From a virus (taxonomy: Duplodnaviria > Caudoviricetes), in the IMG/VR virus record IMGVR_UViG_3300048796_000144, positions 1-40,171 of that record: 40,171 nt of DNA; one strand, given 5' to 3'. A program made the translations under genes and the position numbers. How positions within the stretch are numbered: position 1 is the first letter of the stretch; each line of letters starts with the position of its first letter. The notes under the pieces were generated by a model that was not told the origin of the DNA, did no database searches, and saw nothing but the letters and a program-made list of their open reading frames with translations. Of this stretch, positions 17,445-26,202 are shown piece by piece.

Positions 17445-17708
17445 ATGATCAATCTTGCAATGACGCCCGCGCAGTTCGCAGCAGCCCGCACAGCCATCTC
17501 CACGCCTGGCGGCGAGGTGACCTCGCACAGCGAGAGCGATCAGTGGAGCGGCAACTTCTCCGTGCCCCAGGTCAGTTTCAGTTACAGCTACGACGGCACC
17601 ACGCTGCACCTCACCATCACCGCCAGGCGCGGCATGGCGAGGATGGCCAGCGAGGCCACCATCCAGGGCAAGCTGCAGGCGTTGCTGACGAGGCTGCAGG
17701 TCGTATGA
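17445..17708 (+). CDS. Small hypothetical protein, paralog of next gene
   Basis: MTPAQFAA...YSYDGTTLHLTI. Confidence 0.7.
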   Translation: MINLAMTPAQFAAARTAISTPGGEVTSHSESDQWSGNFSVPQVSFSYSYDGTTLHLTITARRGMARMASEATIQGKLQALLTRLQVV

Positions 17709-17938
17709 GCGATGTTTCCATCCCGATGACGCAGGCGCAGTTCGATGCCAACGCGCTTCGGCTGAAGCAGCAGAGCGGCATCCAGGTGGCTGGCAGGATC
17801 GGCCAGATCGTGAAGGACGGCGCGATCGTGCAGTGGAAGTACGACGGAACGAACGTGACTGCGACGGTGATGCGCAAGCCGCCGTACGGGCAGCTCGCCA
17901 GTGTTGTGGCCGAGGTGCAGGGATGGTTCAAAAGCTAG
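17705..17938 (+). CDS. Small hypothetical protein, paralog of previous gene
   Basis: ATGA-coupled; MTQAQFDA...WKYDGTNVTATV. Confidence 0.7.
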   Translation: MSDVSIPMTQAQFDANALRLKQQSGIQVAGRIGQIVKDGAIVQWKYDGTNVTATVMRKPPYGQLASVVAEVQGWFKS

Positions 17939-17959
17939 TTGCTAGTTGTTAGTTGCTAG
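17934..17959 (+). repeat. Intergenic heptamer tandem repeat (GCTAGTT)~4
   Basis: GCTAGTT GCTAGTT GTTAGTT GCTAG. Confidence 0.85.
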
Positions 17960-17975
17960 GTTCGAGGAGGAAGTG

Positions 17976-18638
17976 ATGAAGAGCAGGCTCGCAGGTTTTC
18001 TCGCAATAACTGTGCTGGCGGCAGGACTCGCCGGCTGCGCCAAGGTTCCCGCCGGATCCACGCCGGCCTCGCCGCAGTCGCCTTATCAGAAGGCGGCGAC
18101 CATCATGTCGGACTTCTCGGCTGACCTGGTCAGCGCCCAGCAGGTGGTGATCTCGCTGCACACCGGCGGCGCGATCGACGACACCACCTATAAGACAGTC
18201 CAGGCGGCGTTCGGCCAGGTGGCGACCTACGGCCCGCAGATCGACGCGCTGATCTCGGCGCAGGCTGCGAGCCCCACCATCCTGGCCAAGGTCTCATCCG
18301 CGCTGAACGCGCTGAGCCTGGTCGCGACCTCGACCGGCAAGCTCGATCCCAACACGGCCGCCCAGATCAAGGTGGCCGTCCAGGCGCTGGAGCTTCTGCT
18401 CTCGCAGCTGAACACGACGTTTGCAACTACTACATCAGCACTTGAGGTGAACCATGGATCCAGCTTCTATCGCATTGATGGTCGAGCAGTTAGTAGCGCT
18501 CGGCATGCAGGTCTACCAGCAGATCGAGGCGTCTTCGAAGGCGGCGGGAACGCCCGTGAAGCCGCTCTCCGAGATCCTCGCCGAGGCGGACGCGAACTTC
18601 GCCAAGGTCTCGCAAGCCTCGCAATCCTAACGACATAA
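17976..18638 (+). CDS. Alpha-helical lipoprotein in lysis cassette (spanin candidate)
   Basis: GAGGAGG SD; MKSRLAGFLAITVLAAGLAG-C lipobox. Confidence 0.8.
   Translation: MKSRLAGFLAITVLAAGLAGCAKVPAGSTPASPQSPYQKAATIMSDFSADLVSAQQVVISLHTGGAIDDTTYKTVQAAFGQVATYGPQIDALISAQAASPTILAKVSSALNALSLVATSTGKLDPNTAAQIKVAVQALELLLSQLNTTFATTTSALEVNHGSSFYRIDGRAVSSARHAGLPADRGVFEGGGNAREAALRDPRRGGRELRQGLASLAILTT
18454..18630 (+). CDS. 58-aa amphipathic protein nested in +1 frame of lipoprotein gene
   Basis: GAGGTG SD then ATG; MDPASIALMVEQLVALGMQVYQQIEASSKAAGTPVKPLSEILAEADANFAKVSQASQS; GC-rich third positions in this frame. Confidence 0.7.
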   Translation: MDPASIALMVEQLVALGMQVYQQIEASSKAAGTPVKPLSEILAEADANFAKVSQASQS

Positions 18639-18706
18639 CCCCAACCAACAAGACGTAAACGGGGGGCCTGCGGAACAGGGCAGGCCCCCAGCGAGAGGGT
18701 TCTGAA

Positions 18707-18907
18707 GTGGCCCACAACTACGGTCAGAAGGGCAAAGTTGAGGGCACAGCGATCGAACGGGCCTGCGAGGGAAAGCAGGACTACCCGACCGAGGCGGCGG
18801 CGGAAGCCGGGCTGAAGTTTTTGAGGAAAGTTCAAGCCGTCAGGAGCGGCGACGGGATGGTGGTTTACAAGTGCAGTTTTTGCCCCGGATGGCATTTTGG
18901 CCATTAG
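18707..18907 (+). CDS. Small Zn-binding phage protein
   Basis: CEGKQDYPTEAAAE...VYKCSFCPGWH. Confidence 0.7.
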   Translation: MAHNYGQKGKVEGTAIERACEGKQDYPTEAAAEAGLKFLRKVQAVRSGDGMVVYKCSFCPGWHFGH

Positions 18908-19049
18908 AGCGTCAGGATGCCCCAGGACGAATTAGGGGATGCTACCCCACCCGTAATTCGTGTCCATGGGTGGAAATCTTTTTCTGACGCGATTACGGGG
19001 CATGTGGCGCAGGGGGTCAGACCCCCAGTTTGGGTTCCAGGAGGATGAG

Positions 19050-19409
19050 ATGCAAAAGTGGCTCGTTTTGATCGCGAAGGCTCGGGACTGGTTCCAGGGG
19101 AAAAAGACCATGCTCGGCGGGCTGGTTTTGATCGCCGCCGCGGTGGCGGGAGCTGCCACCGGGAAGCTGCCGGTTGACCAGGCCGTGATCGTATTCGGAT
19201 TCGGCGTATCTATATGTGGCTGGTCGGCCAAGGCGAACCGGCACCAGGCGGAGATCCTGGCCGCGCTGCAGACGGCCGCGATCGCCGGGGCCCAGGTGCG
19301 GGCCGGGAATAAGGCTGGAGCCGCCCAGACCGTCGAGGCAGCCGTAACCGCCGGCGTCATCCGCGAAGCTGAAGCTGCAGCCGCTGCCAAGACGGGAGCG
19401 ACCGCCTGA
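19050..19409 (+). CDS. Holin candidate (two TM segments)
   Basis: AGGAGG SD; WFQGKKTMLGGLVLIAAAVAG...AVIVFGFGVSICGW. Confidence 0.6.
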   Translation: MQKWLVLIAKARDWFQGKKTMLGGLVLIAAAVAGAATGKLPVDQAVIVFGFGVSICGWSAKANRHQAEILAALQTAAIAGAQVRAGNKAGAAQTVEAAVTAGVIREAEAAAAAKTGATA

Positions 19410-19948
19410 TGGAAGCCGGCCTGAATTCGACACCTGAACAGCCGACACCGGCGGGCAATAGCCACCGGATCGACACCCTCACCAACCTCATTCTCCTGGG
19501 CAGCTCCTTTGCTGGCGGCGGCACATTGCTCTACGCCATCATCGGCTTGATCCGCGATCAGCCAGACCGTGCGTTCGCGCTCCTGCAGAAGTGGGGTCCT
19601 TGGTTCTTCCTGGCGTTTTTCGTCACATGGATTGTCTACAAGCTGCTGGAGCCGGTCGTCACGGCAATCGTTGAGGCGTTCGGACGTATCTCGGCTTCGA
19701 CCGAGAAACAAGCGGAGTCGATGGGGTTGTTGGCCGCGGCCGTGCAAAAGTCGGCCGACAAGGACGACAGGCAGGTGCAGGAGATGCAGACATTGACTGC
19801 GCTCACCGCGCAACGAAGCGAGAAGACGTACGCCATGATGCAGGAGTTCCACCAGGACAACCAGGCAATCCTCAGAGAGTACGGCGAGACCTTGAAGAGG
19901 ATCGAGCAAAAGGTAGACCGGCAGACCGGGGAGAAGAGCACGACATGA
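19409..19948 (+). CDS. Membrane + coiled-coil protein (Mu gp25-like position)
   Basis: Two TM segments then coiled coil ending LKRIEQKVD; precedes gp26-like gene. Confidence 0.7.
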   Translation: MEAGLNSTPEQPTPAGNSHRIDTLTNLILLGSSFAGGGTLLYAIIGLIRDQPDRAFALLQKWGPWFFLAFFVTWIVYKLLEPVVTAIVEAFGRISASTEKQAESMGLLAAAVQKSADKDDRQVQEMQTLTALTAQRSEKTYAMMQEFHQDNQAILREYGETLKRIEQKVDRQTGEKSTT

Positions 19949-20262
19949 GCTATAGTGCGGTGGCCAAATCGAAGAGACTGCGGGGCGTGGTGCTGGAGAT
20001 GCTCCAGACCAACCACGATAAACAGCAGTCGCGGTACGACTCCTCCATGTTGTGGAGTGCCCTGGTGCGCGGTCTCGGATTTGACGCCAGCGAGAACGAC
20101 GTCATCACCATTCTGCAGGACCTCAAGGGCCGCGGCTACATCCAGTACGACGAGATCCGCAATCAGCGGCTCGGTATCTATTACATCGTCAGGATCGAGC
20201 TTTGCCCCAAAGGCCGCGATCTTCTCGAAGGAACCATTACCGATCCCGCCGTGGAGATCTGA
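19945..20262 (+). CDS. Mu gp26-like winged-helix protein
   Basis: RLRGVVLEML...ILQDLKGRGYI...ELCPKGRDLLEGTITDPAV. Confidence 0.8.
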   Translation: MSYSAVAKSKRLRGVVLEMLQTNHDKQQSRYDSSMLWSALVRGLGFDASENDVITILQDLKGRGYIQYDEIRNQRLGIYYIVRIELCPKGRDLLEGTITDPAVEI

Positions 20263-20265
20263 GCT

Positions 20266-20967
20266 ATGACGACCAGGGCGAGAGTGAAGACCGGAGAACG
20301 CCGGAAGGCTAACCAGCCATTCCATATCGACCGCCTGCCGCCTCAGGTGCACGACGTAATCCTGCAGATGCGCAACGGTCGCGGCATGACATTTGAGGAA
20401 ATCTCGGCTTGCTCGGCGCAGCCATTCAGCCCTGGAAAGTCGGCCGGCTTTATCGAGTGGGACAAGTTGCCGCCCGCCGTGCTGAAGCTGTTCCCGAAGA
20501 AGCAGCTTCCGCTCAGCTCGCTGCACCGCTGGTACGACGTGCGCGTCGCCCAGGTGCGCAAGGATGTGATGCAGCGCAGCGAGCAGGCGCGCGTCATCGC
20601 GGAGTCGTTTGCGAAGTCGATGCTGGTGAACGCGGACGAGGCTGTGGTCAACGCCGCGCGCGACACCATCATGGGCGTGCTCGCCGAAGATGGAAGCGCC
20701 GGCGGACGCAAGGCTGCAGCTCGCGCGCTGATCTCGCTGGCCGAGGTGATGCAGACCGCGCGGGCCAACAACATCAAGGAGCGCAAGGTCTCCACCGAAG
20801 AGCGGAAGATCAAGCTGTTGGAAGAGCGCGAAGCGATCCAGCGGCACAAGCTGGAGCGCGAGGCCCAGGAGCTGGAGCGCAAGCACTCCAAGGGCGAGTT
20901 GAAGCGCGAGGACATCGCCAAGCTGGTCGAGATGACATTCGGCATCGCGCCCAAGAAGGCGGCCTAA
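20266..20967 (+). CDS. Mu gp27/DUF3486-like terminase small subunit
   Basis: HIDRLPPQVHD, LSSLHRW; position before TerL. Confidence 0.8.
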   Translation: MTTRARVKTGERRKANQPFHIDRLPPQVHDVILQMRNGRGMTFEEISACSAQPFSPGKSAGFIEWDKLPPAVLKLFPKKQLPLSSLHRWYDVRVAQVRKDVMQRSEQARVIAESFAKSMLVNADEAVVNAARDTIMGVLAEDGSAGGRKAAARALISLAEVMQTARANNIKERKVSTEERKIKLLEEREAIQRHKLEREAQELERKHSKGELKREDIAKLVEMTFGIAPKKAA

Positions 20968-22446
20968 ATGGGCCGTCTCGCCGCGGCATCGAACATCGCG
21001 GCCGTATTCCCGCTGCGCGACTACCAGATTCGCTGGGTCGAGGACGACTCGCGCTTCAAGATCGCCGTCAAGTCCGCCCGCATCGGCTTCAGCTTCGCCA
21101 CCTGCCTGGAGGCAGTGCTCGATTGTCTGAAAACCCCCAACGCGACCTGGACGGTGATGTCGGCGTCCAAGGCGCAGTCGATCGAATTTATCGAGACGGC
21201 GGAAAAGTTCATCAAGCTGCTGGGCGGCGTCGCGCAGCTCGCGTTCGATGAAGACTTCTGGGATGAGTTCGGAAAGATCGAGGCGATCCAAAGCCGCGTC
21301 ACGTTTCCCAACGGCTCGCGCATCATCGCTCTGCCGGCGAACCCGCGCACGGCCCGTGGCTATCCCGGCAACGCCATCCTGGATGAGTTCGCCCACCACG
21401 AAGACAGCTACGCCATCTGGGCTGCGATCATCCGCCAGATCGCGCTGGGCCACAAGGTGCGCGTGCTCTCGACCCCGAACGGCGAGCAGGGCAAGTTCTT
21501 CGACCTGTGCAAGGAGCTGGCCCTGGTCGACGGCGAGCCAGCGGACAACTTCCAGATGCGCGGCGGATGGAGCCGGCACTGGATCGATTGCGAGATGGCG
21601 ATCGCCGACGGCTGCCCCATCAACATGCAGGAGATGCGCGACGCCTTCAAGGACGACGACACCGTCGACCAGGAGTTCTATTGCGTATTCCTGCAGGGCG
21701 CTGGCGCGTGGATCGGACTCGACCTCATCCGCGCCTGCGAGGACAACGAAGCCTCGGTCACCTGGCCGGTGGATTACAACGCCCATGGAGATCTCTACGG
21801 CGGCATCGACGTGGCGCGATCGCAGGATCAGACCATCTTCGTCATCAAGGAGCGGATCGGCGACGTGCTGTGGACTCGCCAGGTGCAGAAGCTCTTCAAC
21901 ATGACACTGACCAACCAGGCGCGCGAGCTGGCGCCGCTGATCAAGAAAACGCGCCTCACCGCGATGGACTCCACCGGCATGGGCATCGGCCTGTTCGACA
22001 TGCTGAACGAGAGCTGCCCAGGCCGGGTGATGGGCGTCAACTTCGCGGGGTCCAGCCGCGTGCGCGAAGAGGAGAAAGAGAAGCGCGTACAGAGCACCGG
22101 CCGCGGGCCGGCCAAGGGCTCGGTGAATATGAAGTCCGACCTGGCCATCAAGCTGAAGAAGTCCTTCGAAGATCGCCGCGAGCGGATACCGTACGACCTC
22201 GATCTACGCACGGAACTCCAGGCGATCAAGCGGATGCCGACGGCGAGCGGAGTCACCTTCGACGCGCCGCGGGTGACCATTGAGACCTCCGTCGCCGGCG
22301 GGAAGAAGCAGAAGGGTTTCGCGCACGCCGATCGCTTCTGGGCGATGGGCCTGGCCAGCTACGCCGCGGGCACAGGCGGCATTGACCTGAGCCTGACATC
22401 GGGCGGCATCAAGACAATTTACGGACAGACACGAGGGTACATGTGA
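20968..22446 (+). CDS. terL: Terminase large subunit (Mu gp28-like)
   Basis: LRDYQ..W, KSARIGFS, ARGYPGNAILDEFA, LSTPNG, GGIDVAR, DSTGMG, HADRFWA. Confidence 0.95.
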   Translation: MGRLAAASNIAAVFPLRDYQIRWVEDDSRFKIAVKSARIGFSFATCLEAVLDCLKTPNATWTVMSASKAQSIEFIETAEKFIKLLGGVAQLAFDEDFWDEFGKIEAIQSRVTFPNGSRIIALPANPRTARGYPGNAILDEFAHHEDSYAIWAAIIRQIALGHKVRVLSTPNGEQGKFFDLCKELALVDGEPADNFQMRGGWSRHWIDCEMAIADGCPINMQEMRDAFKDDDTVDQEFYCVFLQGAGAWIGLDLIRACEDNEASVTWPVDYNAHGDLYGGIDVARSQDQTIFVIKERIGDVLWTRQVQKLFNMTLTNQARELAPLIKKTRLTAMDSTGMGIGLFDMLNESCPGRVMGVNFAGSSRVREEEKEKRVQSTGRGPAKGSVNMKSDLAIKLKKSFEDRRERIPYDLDLRTELQAIKRMPTASGVTFDAPRVTIETSVAGGKKQKGFAHADRFWAMGLASYAAGTGGIDLSLTSGGIKTIYGQTRGYM

Positions 22447-23900
22447 TGGCAGACGACCTGAACGCAATTCCACCGCGGCCGCCGCAGGGCGAGATTGTCT
22501 CCCAGACGGCGCTGCTGAATACGCAGTTCGCGCTCTACCGCAACACGCTGGCCTTCGGCGGCACGCGCGACCCGTCCATCATCTGGTCGTCCATGCTGCG
22601 CGACGATGGCTCCGCCATCCTCTACTACCGCGAGCTGGAGGAGAAGGACGTCGACGTCGCCAATGCGCTGGACACGCTGAAGGGTTCGGTGCTCGAGCGC
22701 AACTGGACGATTGAGCCGGCAGACAAGGACGACACCCAGGCGGTGGAGATCGCGGTGTGGGTGCAGGCGCAGCTCGACAAGATCGAGAACATCGACCTGG
22801 TGCTGGACAACATGCTGGACGCGCCGGGCTACGGCTTCAGCGTGCAGGAGATGATCTTCGACGTGAGCGCGGGCCAGGCGGAGCTGGCAGACATCCGCGA
22901 TTGCCCGCAGGAGCTGTTCCTGTTCGGCACCAGGTACCAGCCGCAGATCGGGCCGATGCAGTTCCTCAGCACGCCGTATGCAGGCCAGGGCGTCGAGGTT
23001 CCGGAAGAGAAGTTCCTGATCTACAGCTACCGCGCGCGATCGCGCAACCGCATGGGGCGCCCGCTGCTTCGTTCGGTCTTCTGGCCTTCCTGGTTCAAGC
23101 GCAACATGCTTCGCCTGTGGGCGCAGTATGCGGAGAAGGGTCCAGGCACGGCCGTGGTCCGCTACGACGACGCCAACAACGCCGCCGACGCACAGAAGGC
23201 GGCCGACATCGCGCGTGCGCTGATTGAGGATGTGGCTGTCGCGGTGCCGCGCAACTTCGACGTGGAGACGGAGCTGCTGACCATTGCGCGCGCGCTGAAC
23301 CCGGCCGTATACCAGGAGTTCTTCAAGTCGCAGCAGCTCGACATCGTGCGCCGCGTCCTGGGCGAGACGCTGACCAGCTTTGGCGGCGAAGGCGGCAAGG
23401 GCACGCAAGCGCTCGGCACCATCCACGCGGACACGCTGGAGACGAAGACCATCAGCCTGTGCAAGGGCATGGAATCGATCCTGAACCGGCAACTGATCCG
23501 GCCCCTGGTGCTGTGGAACTTCGGGCCGGATGCGCCGATGCCGACCTGGCACTACGACATCGAGGAGGAGGAGGACCAGACGGAGCGGCTCGGCATCATC
23601 ACCGGCGCCTACGAGCTGGGTGTGCCGATCCCGACCTCGTACGTGCAGGAGGCTCTGAACATTCCCGCGGCCGATGGCCAGGAGCCGGTGCTGACCAAGC
23701 CCGCGCTGGTTGCGCCGGTGGAGAACATCCGCGAGACGACGACAGCGGCCTTCGCGGAGGGAGGCCACGTCGTCCAGGCAGAGCGGCAGATGTCTGAGTT
23801 CGACAAGCTGGTGACGCAGCTGCAGGATGACTCGCTGGATCTGCTGAAGGAGCGCGTCGGCGAAGTGGCGAAGGTGCTGGAAAAGACGGAGGGCCGATGA
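22446..23900 (+). CDS. Portal protein (Mu gp29/DUF935)
   Basis: LDAPGYGFSVQEMI, MGRPLLRSVFW, VLGETLTS...GTQALGTIH, QLIRPLVLWNFG. Confidence 0.93.
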   Translation: MADDLNAIPPRPPQGEIVSQTALLNTQFALYRNTLAFGGTRDPSIIWSSMLRDDGSAILYYRELEEKDVDVANALDTLKGSVLERNWTIEPADKDDTQAVEIAVWVQAQLDKIENIDLVLDNMLDAPGYGFSVQEMIFDVSAGQAELADIRDCPQELFLFGTRYQPQIGPMQFLSTPYAGQGVEVPEEKFLIYSYRARSRNRMGRPLLRSVFWPSWFKRNMLRLWAQYAEKGPGTAVVRYDDANNAADAQKAADIARALIEDVAVAVPRNFDVETELLTIARALNPAVYQEFFKSQQLDIVRRVLGETLTSFGGEGGKGTQALGTIHADTLETKTISLCKGMESILNRQLIRPLVLWNFGPDAPMPTWHYDIEEEEDQTERLGIITGAYELGVPIPTSYVQEALNIPAADGQEPVLTKPALVAPVENIRETTTAAFAEGGHVVQAERQMSEFDKLVTQLQDDSLDLLKERVGEVAKVLEKTEGR

Positions 23901-24199
23901 ACGGAAAGAAAGCAAAGCTCGAACGTAAAGCCATCCGCGCGGCTGGCGGCGAAGACAAGGTAAGCCGGCGGCGCAGGATTGCTCGCGAGGAAGCAGCGCA
24001 GCGGGAAAAGGTCTTGAGTGACCGCGCCGCGGCGCTCGCTGCCGAAACTCCCGAGCAGCGCCGGCTTCGCAAAGAGGAAGATGCCCGACCGGGGCGCGCC
24101 ATCGCCGCGATGCTGGCCTCGATCGGCATGCTCGCATGTGGATTGCCTTCGATTAGCGCGATACAACGCCAGCCGCGATACCAGAGGCGGGGCCGGTAG
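23897..24199 (+). CDS. Small basic hypothetical protein between portal and head morphogenesis genes
   Basis: ATGA/TAGTG overlaps on both sides; Arg/Lys-rich with a hydrophobic segment. Confidence 0.55.
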   Translation: MNGKKAKLERKAIRAAGGEDKVSRRRRIAREEAAQREKVLSDRAAALAAETPEQRRLRKEEDARPGRAIAAMLASIGMLACGLPSISAIQRQPRYQRRGR

Positions 24200-25044
24200 T
24201 GGCACTCCTGCGCGACACGGCGGTGCAGCACCGGCTCGGCGATCTGCTGGCGAAGCACATGGCCGCGGCGAACCTACTGGGCCGCACGCAGATCGTCGCT
24301 GAGGTCCATCGCAAGACGGGCACCGTGGTGCCGATCGCCACCAGCTCCCGGTACAAGTCGCACCTCGGGCCCAGGGGGACTGCCCGCTTCAGTGAAGGCG
24401 ATGATTCAGATCTGACCGCCGGCTTCTCGCTCAATCTCCCGGCCGACGATGCGGCCGGCTATCTGCGGGATCTCACTCCGGTTACGCGCGAGACCTTCGA
24501 CGGGCTCTCGACGCAGTACCAGCGCGACGCGTTCACGGTTGCAGGCGTCAGCGATCAGCGGCTGATCAAACAGATCCGCGACAAGCTGGCCGATGTGATG
24601 GCGAAGGGCGGAACGCGCGAAGACTTCACACAGGCCGTCCGCGCGCTGACCACCGACGCCGGCGTCGAGCAGCTCTCGTCCTTTCTCCTGGACACGGTCT
24701 TCACCACGAACATGCAGAAGGCGTATTCGCTCGGCCGCTACGAGCAGCAGAAGCAGCCGGAGACCATCGCCGCGCTTCCGTTCTGGCAGTACATGACTGT
24801 CGGTGATGATCGCGTACGCCCTGAACATGCGGTGATTGACGGATTCCAGGCGCGCGCCATCGATCCGGTGTGGAACAAGATTTATCCGCCCAACGGATTC
24901 AACTGCCGCTGCATCGTGATCTCGCTGCTGGAGAGTGAAGTGGGCAAGGAAGCCAGCGAATCCGGCCTGCTGCGGCTGCCGCTGCTGGCGCAGCTGAAAG
25001 TGCCGCAGATGGGCTTTACCAAGGTGTTTCCCGTTGCGGCATAA
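24199..25044 (+). CDS. Head morphogenesis protein (Mu gp30/F, SPP1 gp7 family)
   Basis: AFTVAG, TVFTTN, WQYMTVGDDRVRPEH, YPPNGFNCRC. Confidence 0.92.
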   Translation: MALLRDTAVQHRLGDLLAKHMAAANLLGRTQIVAEVHRKTGTVVPIATSSRYKSHLGPRGTARFSEGDDSDLTAGFSLNLPADDAAGYLRDLTPVTRETFDGLSTQYQRDAFTVAGVSDQRLIKQIRDKLADVMAKGGTREDFTQAVRALTTDAGVEQLSSFLLDTVFTTNMQKAYSLGRYEQQKQPETIAALPFWQYMTVGDDRVRPEHAVIDGFQARAIDPVWNKIYPPNGFNCRCIVISLLESEVGKEASESGLLRLPLLAQLKVPQMGFTKVFPVAA

Positions 25045-25110
25045 CTCCAAGCTTGCGTATTCACGCATCTGCTGTCCATCTATTAGTCGCTTCGCAATAG
25101 CATCCGGGGT

Positions 25111-26202
25111 GTGAGCAAGCTTGCAAATCAGTGGATCGAACTCTTCAGGGCGGGCAAGTACAGCCAGGGCGAGTTCACCCAGAACGATCTGGATCAGTTG
25201 GTGGCGAACTACCAGCCAGCCAATCCGGAGTTTGAAGAGGCACCTGCCACGATCGGCCACCCGGAAGGAACAACTCCAGCCTGGGCGTGGGTCGAGGCAA
25301 TCAAGCGCGAAGGCAACACGCTCCTGGGCAGGATGAAGGACGTGAAGGCCGAGTTTGAGGACCTGGTCGAGAACCGGATGTTCCCCAAACGCAGCGTGGG
25401 CCTGATCAAACGCGCGAACGGCTGGAATCTCCAGCATGTCGCGTTCCTGGGGGCGAAGGCTCCGGCGGTGAAGGGTCTCAAGGATATTCAGTTTGCAAGT
25501 GACGACGGTTCGGTGAAGGTCGAATTCGAGGAGAAAGCAATGGCGGAAACAACGGCACAGAATGACACCATCGTGGCAGCGGTGAAGGCGTGGTTTGAAG
25601 AGCGCTTCGGATCGAAGCCCGCAACAGCAACCACGACGTTCAGCGAGGCCGACGTGCAACGTATCGCGACGGAAGCTGCGGCTGCTGCCGTGAAGCCTGT
25701 CCAGGACAAGCTGACCGCGACCGAGGCGAAGTTCGCCGAGCGCGAGACGGCGCTGGCCACCGTTGAGCAGAAGAACCGCGGCGAGGCTGCTGTCGCAGGC
25801 TTGAAGTCCAAGGGCCGCTGGGTTCCCGCGTTCGACAAGATGGGCCTTCCGCTCGTCTTCGCAGCGCTCGCCACGCAGGCCGTCACGGTCGAGTTCGAAG
25901 AAGGCGGCGAGAAGAAGCAGGTCAGCACGCTCGATCTCCTGGTGAAGTTCATGGAGAGCGGCAAGGCCCTGGTTCCCACCGGCGAAGTCTATAGCGGCCA
26001 GTCCGGCGCATCCACCGCGAGCGGCATGAAGGGCGTCAACGCCGGCCGCGCAACCGTCGATCCGAACTCCGTACGGCTGCACCAGGCCGTTACCGAGTTC
26101 GCCGAGAAAAACAAGGTCACGTACTCCGAGGCGCTGTTCAAGGTCGCGGAAGAACATCCTGAGCTGTGCGTCCCTGGCGGCGCGGCAGTCGGCCAGGCCT
26201 AG
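25111..26202 (+). CDS. Capsid maturation protease/scaffold (Mu I/Z-like)
   Basis: WIELFRAG, IGHP...AWAWV, FPKRS, LQHVAFLGAKAPAVKGL; in-frame internal ATG 25540 with GAGGAG SD (scaffold). Confidence 0.88.
   Translation: MSKLANQWIELFRAGKYSQGEFTQNDLDQLVANYQPANPEFEEAPATIGHPEGTTPAWAWVEAIKREGNTLLGRMKDVKAEFEDLVENRMFPKRSVGLIKRANGWNLQHVAFLGAKAPAVKGLKDIQFASDDGSVKVEFEEKAMAETTAQNDTIVAAVKAWFEERFGSKPATATTTFSEADVQRIATEAAAAAVKPVQDKLTATEAKFAERETALATVEQKNRGEAAVAGLKSKGRWVPAFDKMGLPLVFAALATQAVTVEFEEGGEKKQVSTLDLLVKFMESGKALVPTGEVYSGQSGASTASGMKGVNAGRATVDPNSVRLHQAVTEFAEKNKVTYSEALFKVAEEHPELCVPGGAAVGQA

Noticed and set aside
18662-18689. GC hairpin GGGGGCCTGC/GCAGGCCCCC (and a similar one at 26673-26702) as terminators
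   Set aside because: No adjacent U-tract on the coding strand; probably mRNA-stabilising stems, so not called
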